A stretch of DNA of 64,000 bases from Paramoeba atlantica. Taxonomy: Eukaryota; Protista; Discosea. Positions within the stretch are counted from its first letter, which is position 1. Every line of letters begins with the position of its first letter. A model generated the notes under the pieces. That model did no database searches, had not been told where the DNA came from, and saw only the letters and a list, made by a program, of their open reading frames with translations. Positions 29,768-41,241 of the stretch are shown piece by piece. The DNA lies in the NCBI GenBank assembly GCA_977017575.1, contig CDRNVI010000015.1, forward strand, positions 434,001 to 498,000, in the 5' to 3' direction. The position numbers were made by a program, and so were the translations under genes.

Positions 29768-31645
29768 ATGGATATAACAGCAGAGTTGCTTCACGGAGCT
29801 AGTGTTTCTCGGGATAGACTTGCAGAGTGGCATCACAAATTTAGAGGAAAGCTATTCAATCTGGTTCCCGGTTTCTACGTGCGTTGTCGCCAAGAGGATT
29901 CTACCGAGGGACAATCCGTCTACAAAGTGGCGCGAATTAAATCTATTCGATCCGATTGGAGCATGGAACTAGACCCATTGACCGAAGAAGATAAGCGACA
30001 TTTTAGCAAGACGCAAAGTTATACAACAAACTATGATTGCGTGTCAAATTCCAAGATAACTGAAGGAGAGTACGAAGCTTTTCTCTCACAACTATCTGTT
30101 CCACGTACGGATATTCTAACCAGTTGTCTCCGAATGGCAGAAAAGATGTCGCTCATACAAAATATTTTGCTTAAGGATGCAGATTTTGTCGCAAAACGAA
30201 AGGATAAAGACGCGACGCAAGCAAAAGTTTCCGACTCCTCCATTCGAAATGGTTCGAAGCAAGAGGAAAAACTGATATTCAGTACCAACGTATTACTTCT
30301 GAACGAGGAAGGGCAATATGGGACTACAGTTTCCCTCAGTACTCTTCTTCGTCATTCGGCTACTAATCGAAACACGTATTTTGAGCCTGACACACCGCGT
30401 ATCAATGCCCTCCCAGTGTTATCTCCGTATATTCCTACTGGAGCAGAAGATCGGATGGCGTCTCATACCACCGGAGTGCTACTGTCGGAATTGGAAAGCA
30501 TTGTTGGCTCTCCGACAATACCAATGCCAGATCCCTTCAAACTGACACAGACTATTATGCACGCTGGTAGATCTTCCGCGTACACCTCTTTTGACTACGG
30601 CACGGAGCGCTCTTCGATTGCACAAACAATGAAAACCGTGATGGGTCTCTCAAAAGATTTGCTTTCGAAGGAGCCTCTGTTCTGCAATATCACGTCTCCC
30701 GTATATGTTTTCGGAGACATTCATGGAAACTTTGCAGATCTGCGCTCTTTTCTTGGTGGTCTTCTTACATTTAACGACTTAATGATGCGGTACAGCGAAC
30801 ACTCATTTTTGTTCTTAGGCGATTATGTAGATCGCGGATCATGCTCTTTGGAGTGTATTCTCTACCTCCTTTGTCTGAAACTTCTCAATCCGAAAAAGGT
30901 TTTTCTTCTGCGAGGCAATCACGAGTCACCAGAGGTCAATGGAGATACAGACTGCTACGGATGCACTTCCTTCAAGTTTCAATGCCAAGAACATTTTGGG
31001 CAAGAAGTCGGGTTTGAGCTCTGGGCATTGTGTAATGAGGTGTTCACTCATCTTCCCTTGTGCGCTACGATCGATCAAAAAATATTCTGTGTTCACGGTG
31101 GCATTCCTCAATATAGTGGAGGAAAAGATGATCGTATGGAGATACTCCGCGATTCCAATTTTCCGCGTTTTCCGTTGGTACAGTGTGACAGTGCAGATAA
31201 CCGCAAACTTCGAGCTCTGGTGAATGACCTTTTGTGGTCGGACCCTGCCACTTCCCACATAGCGCTCGATGAGCACGGCTTTGGTCCCAATCCTCGAGGA
31301 GCAGATATTCATTCTTTCGGGCCCCAAGCTGTGGACGAGTTCTGCACCCGGTTTGGTTTCCAGTATATCTTTCGGGCGCACCAAGAAAAGGCTGATGGGC
31401 TGAGACTTTCTGATAGCGCTCGTGTGATTACTATTTTTTCTACATCTGATTATGCGGGGCATAGAAACGGGGCAGGGTGCATTTATGTAAGTCAGAAGAA
31501 GATCCGACTTGTTATAAAGAAACCGCGCCCCGCACGAGCATACTACGCGAATGCTCGTTCTGATCCTTCCAGTGATTCCTATGAGGATGAATCAGCACCA
31601 AATGGATACAGCGTTCCTGGATCTCCTTCCGTTGGGTCTTTTTGA
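29768..31645 (+). CDS. PPP-family Ser/Thr phosphatase with N-terminal Plus3-like domain
   Basis: GDIHG, GDYVDRG, RGNHE, HGG, LWSDP, RAHQ; N-terminus SVSRDRLAEW...GFYVR...YKVARI...VSNSKITEGEY resembles Plus3. Confidence 0.9.
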   Translation: MDITAELLHGASVSRDRLAEWHHKFRGKLFNLVPGFYVRCRQEDSTEGQSVYKVARIKSIRSDWSMELDPLTEEDKRHFSKTQSYTTNYDCVSNSKITEGEYEAFLSQLSVPRTDILTSCLRMAEKMSLIQNILLKDADFVAKRKDKDATQAKVSDSSIRNGSKQEEKLIFSTNVLLLNEEGQYGTTVSLSTLLRHSATNRNTYFEPDTPRINALPVLSPYIPTGAEDRMASHTTGVLLSELESIVGSPTIPMPDPFKLTQTIMHAGRSSAYTSFDYGTERSSIAQTMKTVMGLSKDLLSKEPLFCNITSPVYVFGDIHGNFADLRSFLGGLLTFNDLMMRYSEHSFLFLGDYVDRGSCSLECILYLLCLKLLNPKKVFLLRGNHESPEVNGDTDCYGCTSFKFQCQEHFGQEVGFELWALCNEVFTHLPLCATIDQKIFCVHGGIPQYSGGKDDRMEILRDSNFPRFPLVQCDSADNRKLRALVNDLLWSDPATSHIALDEHGFGPNPRGADIHSFGPQAVDEFCTRFGFQYIFRAHQEKADGLRLSDSARVITIFSTSDYAGHRNGAGCIYVSQKKIRLVIKKPRPARAYYANARSDPSSDSYEDESAPNGYSVPGSPSVGSF

Positions 31646-32008
31646 CGGTATAGATTTTTTTCTTTTAGCATAGCGTAGAAACTTTGGGGTAATTCGCGAT
31701 AATAATTGATTCGTACATGTATATAGGACAACCGTTCTTAATATTTTGTGGGGATGCATAAGCAATCAATTCATAGAGTGTTGGGTTAGAATGAAGAGGT
31801 AGAGTGAGCGCATCACGTTTCTTTGGTTTAGTTGTTTGCTCTATTTTCTCCATAAATAAATTTAGAATTATCTAGCGCTCCAGCAACGAGCAATGTTCTA
31901 ACAATGTACCTCGAAATAAAGGCTTTTCTTTACTTTTCCAATAATTCGTCAGTTCTTAGTTCGTAACAGCTTGTTTTTTCTGATATATCAAGTCAAACGT
32001 GTTCAACA

Positions 32009-32992
32009 ATGATGCAACGTTCCGCTCGTCTGCTGCATGTGATGCCCCGTCCATTGAGTCCGAAGTTTTATACCATGCTTGATTCGAACAATTGGATTGG
32101 AGCCCTCGAGGTTTATGCTGAGCATCCGTGGCGTGCACCCCCTGCTGATACCTATGAACTCCTTAAACTCATCATGAACCAAACGGGTATTCGGGCAGAA
32201 GACTTGTGCTCACGCTTCGAAGGGCGTATGAAGCATAAGCTAAGACAGAAGCGAAATGCGCACGAGGAAGTAGAATGGGTACGATTCTGGGAATTGATTA
32301 GAGATGGAGAAATAACTGAGGCAATGCGAGGATTAGTGATGGGGAACTCGAGTGCTTCGAAAGGTGACGCGTCTGAAGTAATCTATCCCGCTAGGAAACA
32401 TGACAAAACTAACTTAGTTCTTCTTTGTGGGAAATTTTTGGAGGATGTTGGGATTGAAACTGTTACCCGAATGCCTTACAGTTTTGTTTCAAGGGCCAAT
32501 ATTGTTAGCGCCGCTTTGGAGTGCGGCCGATTGGAATTAGCCATACGTATGTTAGAATATACTAAACTTACCAAGCGCGAATGTGCCACAATATGGCCCC
32601 TAGTGGGTCAGTTTTCTTGGGTTGGAGGTTTGAAATTTATTGAGGCGAGTCCTCGAAGCTCAATCGATACCTCTGTGGCGCTCCCAAGCTTGCTTGAAAA
32701 AGGTTGTCCAATGCACATCCTAGTGGTGTATTTGGAATTCACTGGAGGTCTTCGAGATCGCATTGTCGTGAATACTCTACTCGAGCACGCTGTACGCAAA
32801 TCTGATTGGGAGTTCGTTCGTCAGGGAATAGCTCACCTGGAAGATATTGACGCTCTTTCTCCACAGGCTCACCGTTGCTTTACACAGCACGTGGAACTAC
32901 GTGGAATGGAGGCCATATGTCTTGCTGTCATGCGGGCTGGATTACGCTTTTCGGACCTCACCGTCCAACGCATCGAAAAACTATGTTCATAA
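32009..32992 (+). CDS. Hypothetical helical protein, probably mitochondrial
   Basis: 327-aa ATG ORF with presequence-like start. Confidence 0.75.
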   Translation: MMQRSARLLHVMPRPLSPKFYTMLDSNNWIGALEVYAEHPWRAPPADTYELLKLIMNQTGIRAEDLCSRFEGRMKHKLRQKRNAHEEVEWVRFWELIRDGEITEAMRGLVMGNSSASKGDASEVIYPARKHDKTNLVLLCGKFLEDVGIETVTRMPYSFVSRANIVSAALECGRLELAIRMLEYTKLTKRECATIWPLVGQFSWVGGLKFIEASPRSSIDTSVALPSLLEKGCPMHILVVYLEFTGGLRDRIVVNTLLEHAVRKSDWEFVRQGIAHLEDIDALSPQAHRCFTQHVELRGMEAICLAVMRAGLRFSDLTVQRIEKLCS

Positions 32993-33254
32993 TTCATGGG
33001 TCGGTTTGTTTGTTTTTCACACCGAATGGTCTTGGTATTTTAGTTAAGTAGTTTTCGTATCGCTGGACACTCTTATTCTTTCTGTTTATTTCTCGGCAAA
33101 TAAGTTGACTAATTTTCTGTAGACAAAACATGAATCGAGAAATGCCATATCAATTTCTAATTTTTTATTCGATTTGTGAAGGTATCACACAGCATTAATT
33201 TCTCGACATACATATCCTATTGTTACAATTCGATACAATATGTATGTATAGAAT

Positions 33255-33741
33255 TTTTCTTTTTTTGTCTCTTCGTTAAAAGCAGTGGTTTTTTTCAACT
33301 TATAAGTCACTTCGCATTGAAAACTACCTCCGCATTTAATGAAGAGACGAAAACAGATAAATTGTCCAGGCAAGAGAAAGAAACCGCAGGGATTTGTGCC
33401 AAAAAGTAGTCACTTTTTCGCTGAAACTCGGGTCATTTTTCTGTATTTCGCGCGACCATGCCCCCCTTGCTCGGAAAATTGCTCGACCATGCCCCCTCTG
33501 GCCTCCCTAGACCCCATTTTTTCGAATAGTTTTTTTTCAATTCTCAACTCACCCTGCTGGATCCACCCTACCCCGGACTCCATAAAGAAGGGAGAGGCAG
33601 AGGTTGTAAACAACCCCCGCAATAACGCGTCATTTATGAGCCTAGGTCATAAATTATACTTTGTTTCGTTTTATTTTTTAACTGATTTTGTTCATTTTTC
33701 TTTAATAATCGAGGGTAAAGTGGTAGTTATACAACCACCGC
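33255..33741 (+). mobile_element. Hairpin-ended element, copy E (internally deleted, diverged)
   Basis: Degenerate long hairpin at 33255-33355 and 3' end AATAATCGAGGGTAAAGTGGTAGTTATACAACCACCGC. Confidence 0.75.
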
Positions 33742-33850
33742 AACATCGGTAATAAATGTTCTGTCTTTTGAACAATTATACAAAATATTGAACACTACTT
33801 TGAACCGCTGATCTGATAGTGTCACAACTATATTTTTTTAGGTACGATTC

Positions 33851-34402
33851 ATGGAATATCCTTCTGGCTCATTTCCAATTGGCCCAAACGTGTCGGGAGT
33901 GTCAAACATGAGTCAACATTGGTCTGCTCGGCGTCAACGAATCCTTGACCAGCTTGTGCCCTGGTGTGCCTCGCGCTGGACTTCCCTGTCTTTCCTCATC
34001 TTGTACTATCTTCGTCGTGTCTACTGGCTTGGAGGGTACTATGTTATCACTTATGGATTAGGAATTTATCTTCTGAATGTTGCACTAATTTTTCTGACTC
34101 CTTTGAATGATCCAGAAGATGAAGATGATGGAAGCTCATCTCTGCCAACCTCAAACGACGAATTTCGTCCATTTGTTCGCCGCCTTCCCGAGTTCAAGTG
34201 TTGGCACATGGCTTTTTCTGCTACCCTTGTAGCTCTTTTCCTCACGCACTTTGAAATGTTTGACATTCCGGTGTTTTGGCCGATTCTTCTCCTTTATTTT
34301 ATTGTCCTACTGTTTTTGACCATGAGACAACGCATTCAACACATGCTGCGTTACCGCTACGTACCGTGGACAGCCAATAAAAATTATTATGTTTCAACCT
34401 AG
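33851..34402 (+). CDS. RER1: Rer1 ER-retrieval receptor
   Basis: YYVITYGLGIYLLN...FLTP, DEFRPFVRRLPEFKCW, FDIPVFWPILLLYF, TMRQRIQHMLRYRYVP. Confidence 0.96.
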   Translation: MEYPSGSFPIGPNVSGVSNMSQHWSARRQRILDQLVPWCASRWTSLSFLILYYLRRVYWLGGYYVITYGLGIYLLNVALIFLTPLNDPEDEDDGSSSLPTSNDEFRPFVRRLPEFKCWHMAFSATLVALFLTHFEMFDIPVFWPILLLYFIVLLFLTMRQRIQHMLRYRYVPWTANKNYYVST

Positions 34403-34828
34403 TGAATACTTAATTAATAGGTACACCACTTACTTTGGGATATTAGTATATTTCTCGTGGGGCAGATCGCGCGATAGATCCGCATGATTCTCCTTGAAGT
34501 GTGCTATTGTTTTCTGTAGTTTTGGTCTCGAAATTATTAGGCACCGATAGAAGCGAACCTGTTCGTTCTCCTCGTCATACTTTCGATACTATCTAGCCTG
34601 GTTTATTCCTTTTGGTTATTGCTTAACTTATATACTGTATACTAATGGGCGATTTTTTATAAATAACAAACATACAGTACGCACTGTACGGTTCGGGGTA
34701 CGTCAGGAACTTTTATAGTCCCTATATGAACTTCATAACATGAATTGATTAAGATTTGCATGTTTTCAATATTTGATACTTCAATATTTGTCCTTTTGCA
34801 TACATTGTAGATCTCAAACGATCAGATA

Positions 34829-35974
34829 ATGAAATCATCCAAAACGGACGCGTCAATCCTGTTTCGGAAATTCTTTGGCACGAAGAATAAAGTAACTGCC
34901 GCGGAAGACAATCGTGTTCAAACCTTCATCTTCGAGAATGTAAAAAATAATGATTATTTGGAATATTTTCAGCAATCGCAGACAGAACTAAAGCATTTTT
35001 TACATCGTTTTATATCAGAAAGCAAATCTGATGTTCCTATTGCCTTGGTGTCATCGGGGGGAACGACAGTGCCTCTTGAGCAAAACGGAGTACGCTGTAT
35101 TTCAAATTTCAGTTCTGGGAATCGCGGGAGCGCGCTTGTTGAGAGCCTTCTACGCCACGGCTATTATGTAATTTTTATATCCCGCAGAGGCGCACTGCAA
35201 CCCTTTTTACGGCACTTTGCACGCGATGTTGGTGATAATGCTTGTGGTTCCAACGCTTTATATCCCTCCTTTCCCCTGCGGGTTGCACCCTTGGATTTCA
35301 GTCCCGATATTCAGCGGCGACATTCTCTTGACAACTGGATAGCAGAATCCGAAATGTTTAGTTCTCGATATATTACGCTCTATTTTGAAACAGTAGCAGA
35401 GTATCTTATGACGTTAAAATATTGCTGCATTACGATTAGTGCAGAAATTGCGGTGCGACCACTCATGGTTGTCCTTGCGGCTGCTGTCTCCGATTTTTAT
35501 ATTCCTTTTTCTGCTCTTCCAATGCACAAAATTCAAAGCAAATCTGATTCTGGTGTCATACCTAGGTATGCTGACGAAATACATCAATCACCGAACTCGA
35601 AGTGGGAGAACGAAAGTGTGGGAGAATTGCCTCCTTCTTTGACGCTAAATTTATTCCAGGTACCGAAAGCTTTGGGTCTCATATCGTCAAAGTGGCTTCC
35701 TAAATTCGCTTTCGTAGTGGGCTTTAAACTTGAAACTGATTTCCAGCAATTGGACAAAAAGGCTTTTTCCTGTGCCAAATTAAACGGTCTTCCTATAGTG
35801 GTAGGCAACCTTCTGTGCACCTCTAAAGAGGAATTATTCATATACAGTGTAGATACTAATCTAAATTGCGAACATATGAAGCGAAGCCAAAATCGAGAAA
35901 TAGAAATTGATCTGGTGGAGAAGCTCTGCAATCTCCACGTAACTTTTCATGCGGCAGCACTACGTAGTAAGTAA
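34829..35974 (+). CDS. PPCS: Phosphopantothenate-cysteine ligase
   Basis: LVSSGGTTVPLEQNGVRCISNFSSGNRGS, LAAAVSDFYIP, VGFKLET. Confidence 0.93.
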   Translation: MKSSKTDASILFRKFFGTKNKVTAAEDNRVQTFIFENVKNNDYLEYFQQSQTELKHFLHRFISESKSDVPIALVSSGGTTVPLEQNGVRCISNFSSGNRGSALVESLLRHGYYVIFISRRGALQPFLRHFARDVGDNACGSNALYPSFPLRVAPLDFSPDIQRRHSLDNWIAESEMFSSRYITLYFETVAEYLMTLKYCCITISAEIAVRPLMVVLAAAVSDFYIPFSALPMHKIQSKSDSGVIPRYADEIHQSPNSKWENESVGELPPSLTLNLFQVPKALGLISSKWLPKFAFVVGFKLETDFQQLDKKAFSCAKLNGLPIVVGNLLCTSKEELFIYSVDTNLNCEHMKRSQNREIEIDLVEKLCNLHVTFHAAALRSK

Positions 35975-36186
35975 TGCTCTGTCGATTACTTATTGGTGTA
36001 GTTTTTTTCCTTTCTTCGGACGTCACCTGCCCTTTATTGCAACATGTTTTATGGGTTTTTTGGTATTGTTCTTCTAATTAATCGCTCCCGTAATTACGTT
36101 CCACTCTTGTATTTTATGATAATTCTATTTCTATGCGTGAAAAAATTTTATTGGTTCGGCCATAACTTAATAAGCGCGTATTCTAA

Positions 36187-37704
36187 ATGTCTGATGAGAG
36201 TGCGACAAAAAGTTCAACCAATGAAATAAACCCGAGCACTCGCGCGATTCTAAATTTTCCGGATGCTGAGTACCGGGTTTCACTTTCGAAATATATTGGC
36301 TATCCTTGGCCCAAGCTATGGAAGACTTCTTTGCATAGCGTTACAATAGAGAAAATAATGGAAACATTGTATTCTTCGTCAACTGTATCCCGCGAAGTAC
36401 TAGCTGAAAAGAATGACTGCACGTCCGACATTGACTCAGAGCTTTTATCAAACAAACTAAGCACGATTCATAGTGTTGCTACACCAGATACGTTAGACTT
36501 ACAAAGGCTATGTGATTATGATATTAATTATGTTTCACCGAATAATGAGAAAGCTACGTTTAAAACTGGAAACGATACTTCTATCGATAGTTCAGACTAC
36601 AACCTATGCAAAAAAGGTTTTCAAAGTTCCTTTTCTGATCTAAACGAGATGAAAAAAGAAATGGATATCATCATGAGTGAAAAATTATCCACTGCCTCTA
36701 AACCAATGAATCGAATCATAGAAAAATGCGAATGTACGCTACAAGAAATGTTAAGTGCAGCACAAGAATGTAATCAGCTTCACAATCAAGTTGGTGGTAA
36801 ATATTTTAAAGCGGCAGCTTGCAACGTCGGTTTCATGAGCCATGACACAAATATGAATCACGATATCTTCATATTGCTTAAAAGAATATCTTCAATTGTA
36901 GAATCCGAGGTTACTATTCAAGCTTTGGTAATTGCTAACCAAATCCCTCGCGCTGTTGATATCTACTGTTATGCGCTAAGTACCTTCAAGCTTCTGCACT
37001 CGGATTTGCTCTGTTTAAATTTCCTTCGAAATCAACTTCTGCGGAGTCGATTATCTCTAATTGAATCTTTGGCAGATCATCTCGCAAGAGAAAATCTATC
37101 TTGCACGTATATGTCCCTGTCAAGCAAAATTGATGAAGGAAATGTATCACGTCGAAACGAATCTAAAAGTAAAACGAATCTAAGAGTAATTTTGCAATCT
37201 TTGGCTAGAATATCAGGTCTGGAAGACGCCATTCTTAATTTACGATTTCGTTTTCTTGAACTATCGGTCCAAAAAACGGAGCAATTATTTAGGCCTGACG
37301 AGCTTACGGCAGTTGACGAGAAATCACCTTCAGCGCATTCCATTGACGATTCAATTCGTTCAGAACTTATTTACATGCAAGCAAGTATGAACACAAATAT
37401 TTTAGGTTTTCTTGAGACCGTAGAACAAACCACGAATACTATTAGGAAAGTTATGGAGCACATTGTTTTTGATGATGCCGAGTCTAATTTTGACTGTACA
37501 AAGCGAATTCTTAATGATATAAGCCCGGCAATTACTCGTCTTCAAGAAGGTCGTATTCGTTCGGTCTGGGCCACAAACAAAAACAAAATAATTGAATTGC
37601 GTTGGTCAGACTTCCAAACGTTTATTTCTACTGCAACACACCTTGTAGAATCTTTGAAAGCACTGAAATCGGATTCTGGATATCCAGCCTACGAACTTAT
37701 ATGA
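36187..37704 (+). CDS. Hypothetical coiled-coil/helical protein
   Basis: 505-aa ATG ORF on the coding strand. Confidence 0.7.
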   Translation: MSDESATKSSTNEINPSTRAILNFPDAEYRVSLSKYIGYPWPKLWKTSLHSVTIEKIMETLYSSSTVSREVLAEKNDCTSDIDSELLSNKLSTIHSVATPDTLDLQRLCDYDINYVSPNNEKATFKTGNDTSIDSSDYNLCKKGFQSSFSDLNEMKKEMDIIMSEKLSTASKPMNRIIEKCECTLQEMLSAAQECNQLHNQVGGKYFKAAACNVGFMSHDTNMNHDIFILLKRISSIVESEVTIQALVIANQIPRAVDIYCYALSTFKLLHSDLLCLNFLRNQLLRSRLSLIESLADHLARENLSCTYMSLSSKIDEGNVSRRNESKSKTNLRVILQSLARISGLEDAILNLRFRFLELSVQKTEQLFRPDELTAVDEKSPSAHSIDDSIRSELIYMQASMNTNILGFLETVEQTTNTIRKVMEHIVFDDAESNFDCTKRILNDISPAITRLQEGRIRSVWATNKNKIIELRWSDFQTFISTATHLVESLKALKSDSGYPAYELI

Positions 37705-37717
37705 AGACCTAGATGAC

Positions 37718-38824
37718 ATGAAACTTGCGTACATGTCTCATTCACACAGGAGGCATCTAAAGCGGCTGCATGACGCATGGGATACTTCTCGGAGACCTTT
37801 GAACGATTCGGCATTCGATAGCGAACAAATCAAAAGGTTCGTTCGTTCTTTAAATACTGCCTGTTCAGAATCAGAAATCATTGCCTTGCCGCAGCCTTCC
37901 AATACACATTCTCCCGAAATTGAAGGAGAACCAGAAAAATACAAAAATGGGGGTACACGTCTCTCTGTGTATTGTAGGCCGTTCACTATAAACGAGGCAA
38001 CTCGGGTCTTTCTGGAGATAGTTGCTGAGATTGACATTGTGGTGGTCGAGTTTCCATCTATGCTTTGTAAAGCGGTTGAATTTGTTTCCGAACTTCTGGC
38101 TCTGGCTCTTTCAAAAAATATAGAAGGTTTGCCAAAAGAATATGCATCAGAAATTGACGTTTTAACATCGAACTTGGAAATTCACTTCTTGGGATCACAA
38201 AATTGTGCGGTAATGTACATCGTTGGCAAAGAGATTTTAGAGCGGTGGACTAAAATAGATTCTCCTAACTTATCAAGAGATATTTTAGAACGTACTATTG
38301 CTGACGTTAAGAATAATGAATTCCAGTTTTATGAGACATTGATTACTATATTTCGACTTCGTTTAGAACGTTACTCTTCTCCGAGCGCCTTGGAATTGCG
38401 AACTCGTAATGTGAAGGAATTTCACTTTTGGGGGTTGAGCCTTATCGAAGAACTTCACACATTTATAACCTCAGCAAAGTCTTTTTTGAATCCTACAGAA
38501 CTCCAGTATCTCAAATTCCCCGCCATACATCAGCTTGGCCTCTATATTTCCAAAGAAATACAAGCACTTAGAAATAATTTAGAACACCATTCCACATTCG
38601 ATACTTTTTTTCGGGAAAGAATTCAGTTTTACACGAATAATCTCGCCAAATCAGAATATTCTTTTTCGCAGGCAAGGTCGCTTCAAGAAATTAAGATTAA
38701 TGGAGAAACCCTTGGCGCCGATTCAAAAACTGAGGACATACTAGAAAATGTTTTTCCTTTTTTGCGAAATGAAAGAACCGTGAATGAATCCTTGCTGCAA
38801 TTAAGAAAGGATGTAGATGCGTAA
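37718..38824 (+). CDS. Hypothetical protein
   Basis: 368-aa ATG ORF starting 13 bp after the previous stop. Confidence 0.65.
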   Translation: MKLAYMSHSHRRHLKRLHDAWDTSRRPLNDSAFDSEQIKRFVRSLNTACSESEIIALPQPSNTHSPEIEGEPEKYKNGGTRLSVYCRPFTINEATRVFLEIVAEIDIVVVEFPSMLCKAVEFVSELLALALSKNIEGLPKEYASEIDVLTSNLEIHFLGSQNCAVMYIVGKEILERWTKIDSPNLSRDILERTIADVKNNEFQFYETLITIFRLRLERYSSPSALELRTRNVKEFHFWGLSLIEELHTFITSAKSFLNPTELQYLKFPAIHQLGLYISKEIQALRNNLEHHSTFDTFFRERIQFYTNNLAKSEYSFSQARSLQEIKINGETLGADSKTEDILENVFPFLRNERTVNESLLQLRKDVDA

Positions 38825-39075
38825 AGTGCTGTAACGCACATAATTATAACCGCGGGGAACTTTTTTCTATCTCCTAGGTGTTGGAAATGTGCAAGAAATA
38901 TTATAATTCCTTTCCGATTTTAATTTTTCTGAGGTTTATCTTTCTCATTAGATAAGCTTTATGATTTTTTAAGTGAGGCCACAGCGTTTAAAATTTTCTG
39001 TTCTGTCAATATGCAATCTGAGCATTGAACATTTTCAGCGAATCAATCTTCTTCTAACGAGCTTATATAGTTTTC

Positions 39076-39987
39076 ATGAAAGGAGACACAAAAATTGGAA
39101 TCGTTTCGAAAGAATCTTTTGAAAGTGCCACTTCAAGTGAGTGGGGAAGTGCCAGCTCAGAAGATCCCTGTTCCGAAATATTACGCGATGTCTCTTCTAT
39201 GGATGCATCTAACTGTTCTCCTGTATGTGCAGCACATGTCGCGAACAGCTTACATTTTTATGACGAGCCAGATTGGGAGCACGAACTTGAACGAGGAAAT
39301 GCGTATTTCTATTTTTCTTGCAAGGTCGGACACACTCTCAGTCTAACTGAGAAGGATACTGTAAATTCGATAGTGAATCTTAGTAGTTTTCGTAACGAAG
39401 TAGACGAAAACAAAGTCCCCGCGTTCGATATCTACGATGACCGTGATGCCGCCTTGTACACTGTCGTACTCACGAAAGCGTGTTATTTGGTTCCCGGCCT
39501 TACGATTGAGCTCCTCAAACCCGAATTTCTTGCATCTGTGGAATACCAAAGAAATTGTCAGCCCCGAAATTCGACCATCGAAACCGAAACTGCGGATCCC
39601 GTTACTTTCCGCTTTTCCAAGCCAGTGATTCGTTTTCTTTATTCGCTCACTGTTCAGTTTCGGGTTAGCGTTCTTTCAGACGAAGCGCTGCGATGTCTTG
39701 AAGTACTCCACGGAATGTCAATACAGCACGGATTACTTTTGGAACGCACGAAACGTACTCCTGGAAAAGTAGACAGCACTGCTAAAGTGAAATCCGTGTT
39801 ACTGTACTCCTCCGTGTGCGGGGGACTTCTTGTCACCAACACAACTGCTGTATTAAACACGAATATCCCGTCAATTGCATCAAGCATTATGGGAACGTTG
39901 GCTTCCACGGCCTCGAAGGAGGTCGGGGAGACTGCGGAGCGCACTCGCGAATATATTTCAAAGGTATCTGGAAGTAATAAGATGTAA
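39076..39987 (+). CDS. Hypothetical protein
   Basis: 303-aa ATG ORF. Confidence 0.75.
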   Translation: MKGDTKIGIVSKESFESATSSEWGSASSEDPCSEILRDVSSMDASNCSPVCAAHVANSLHFYDEPDWEHELERGNAYFYFSCKVGHTLSLTEKDTVNSIVNLSSFRNEVDENKVPAFDIYDDRDAALYTVVLTKACYLVPGLTIELLKPEFLASVEYQRNCQPRNSTIETETADPVTFRFSKPVIRFLYSLTVQFRVSVLSDEALRCLEVLHGMSIQHGLLLERTKRTPGKVDSTAKVKSVLLYSSVCGGLLVTNTTAVLNTNIPSIASSIMGTLASTASKEVGETAERTREYISKVSGSNKM

Positions 39988-40206
39988 TTTTGCATCAATA
40001 TTGATTCCCATTGAACTGAGTTTCTGGTCCATATTTTTTTGTTGTAGCAAATTCAGTGGGCTTTCTGTGTGTTGCTTTTCTTACTCATAGTTATCGTGTG
40101 TATATTTTTTTATCGCACGTAATGGTTAACAATGCAGTGTTTTCATCCTAATATCGTTGTACTTTATCTAACATAGTGCGCAATTACTTTCTGAGACATT
40201 GACAAA

Positions 40207-41241
40207 ATGAGGTGTTTCTCCCTTCTCTATTCTGCGCCCACTGCGTGTAGAACTGTCATTGCTCGAGCCACAGGTGTACCATACAATCTGGAGCGCATTG
40301 AAAAACTGGTTGCTGACAAGGAAATATCGTACAAAATCCTTCTCACGTTTCCGAACACAAAGCACAAGGGGCTTCCTTTACACAATGAAGGTAAGCGACA
40401 CCGTTCACTGCGCTTCATTGCGTTTGAGGCATCGCGACAAGGTGATCCATCCTACCCCGTGACACATTTTTTGCTACAAGAAGGCGTCCACGTGGCATGG
40501 GGTGCCTCACTTACAGACATGAACCTTGTGGAGCAACGTCTTGCCACACACAATGCTATTGCCTCCGAGCGGGCCGTATTCCAATCGCCACTCACGGAGT
40601 CGATGCACTACCGTTGTCACGCGGAATACAAAGCCGCAGGGGGCACTCGTCGCTCCGGTTCCTTCGTGGATGCCGATGCGGATAGTTTTGTTCTCCACGA
40701 TGATGAGAATGTGTTAAACAAAGTGCCTTTTACTTTTGCTCTCGCCCAGAGCGCTCTGATTGATGCCACAAATGAGACCATGACACCCACAGTGCGTCAA
40801 ACACGCCAGTGGAGCCGGGAGGTCGTCGCCACCGGGACCTTGTGCTTCAGTTTGCGTCGCCTGCGTCAGCACAAGGCTATGATGACACTTGTTGCCACGG
40901 ATGTGTTAGCTGGACGGGCATTGGACAAGCCTGCATTTTTTTGGTACGCCGCCTCCGGACCCCTCCGTCCGCTGTCACAGGTCTATGGTGAGGCACAGGA
41001 GCATTTGGAGATCGACCGACGTCGCGACTTTCTACTGGAACGTCTGCGTAACGTCTCGACGACGATGGAATTTCTACTCGGGGAGCACCATAGTGGGGTG
41101 TCGCACCGCTTGGAGTGGGTCATTATCCTTCTCATTCTGGTGGAAGTTCTTTTCGCGTTGAATCATTTTGTTCATGATTCAAGGGCAGTAGACGAAGATG
41201 ACTCAACCTCCACAACGAGAACTACAGTCTCAGAAGCGTGA
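40207..41241 (+). CDS. RMD1/RMND1 (DUF155) family protein
   Basis: FALAQSALI, HLEIDRRRDFLLERL, HHSGVSHRLEWVIILLILVEV C-terminal signature. Confidence 0.85.
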   Translation: MRCFSLLYSAPTACRTVIARATGVPYNLERIEKLVADKEISYKILLTFPNTKHKGLPLHNEGKRHRSLRFIAFEASRQGDPSYPVTHFLLQEGVHVAWGASLTDMNLVEQRLATHNAIASERAVFQSPLTESMHYRCHAEYKAAGGTRRSGSFVDADADSFVLHDDENVLNKVPFTFALAQSALIDATNETMTPTVRQTRQWSREVVATGTLCFSLRRLRQHKAMMTLVATDVLAGRALDKPAFFWYAASGPLRPLSQVYGEAQEHLEIDRRRDFLLERLRNVSTTMEFLLGEHHSGVSHRLEWVIILLILVEVLFALNHFVHDSRAVDEDDSTSTTRTTVSEA

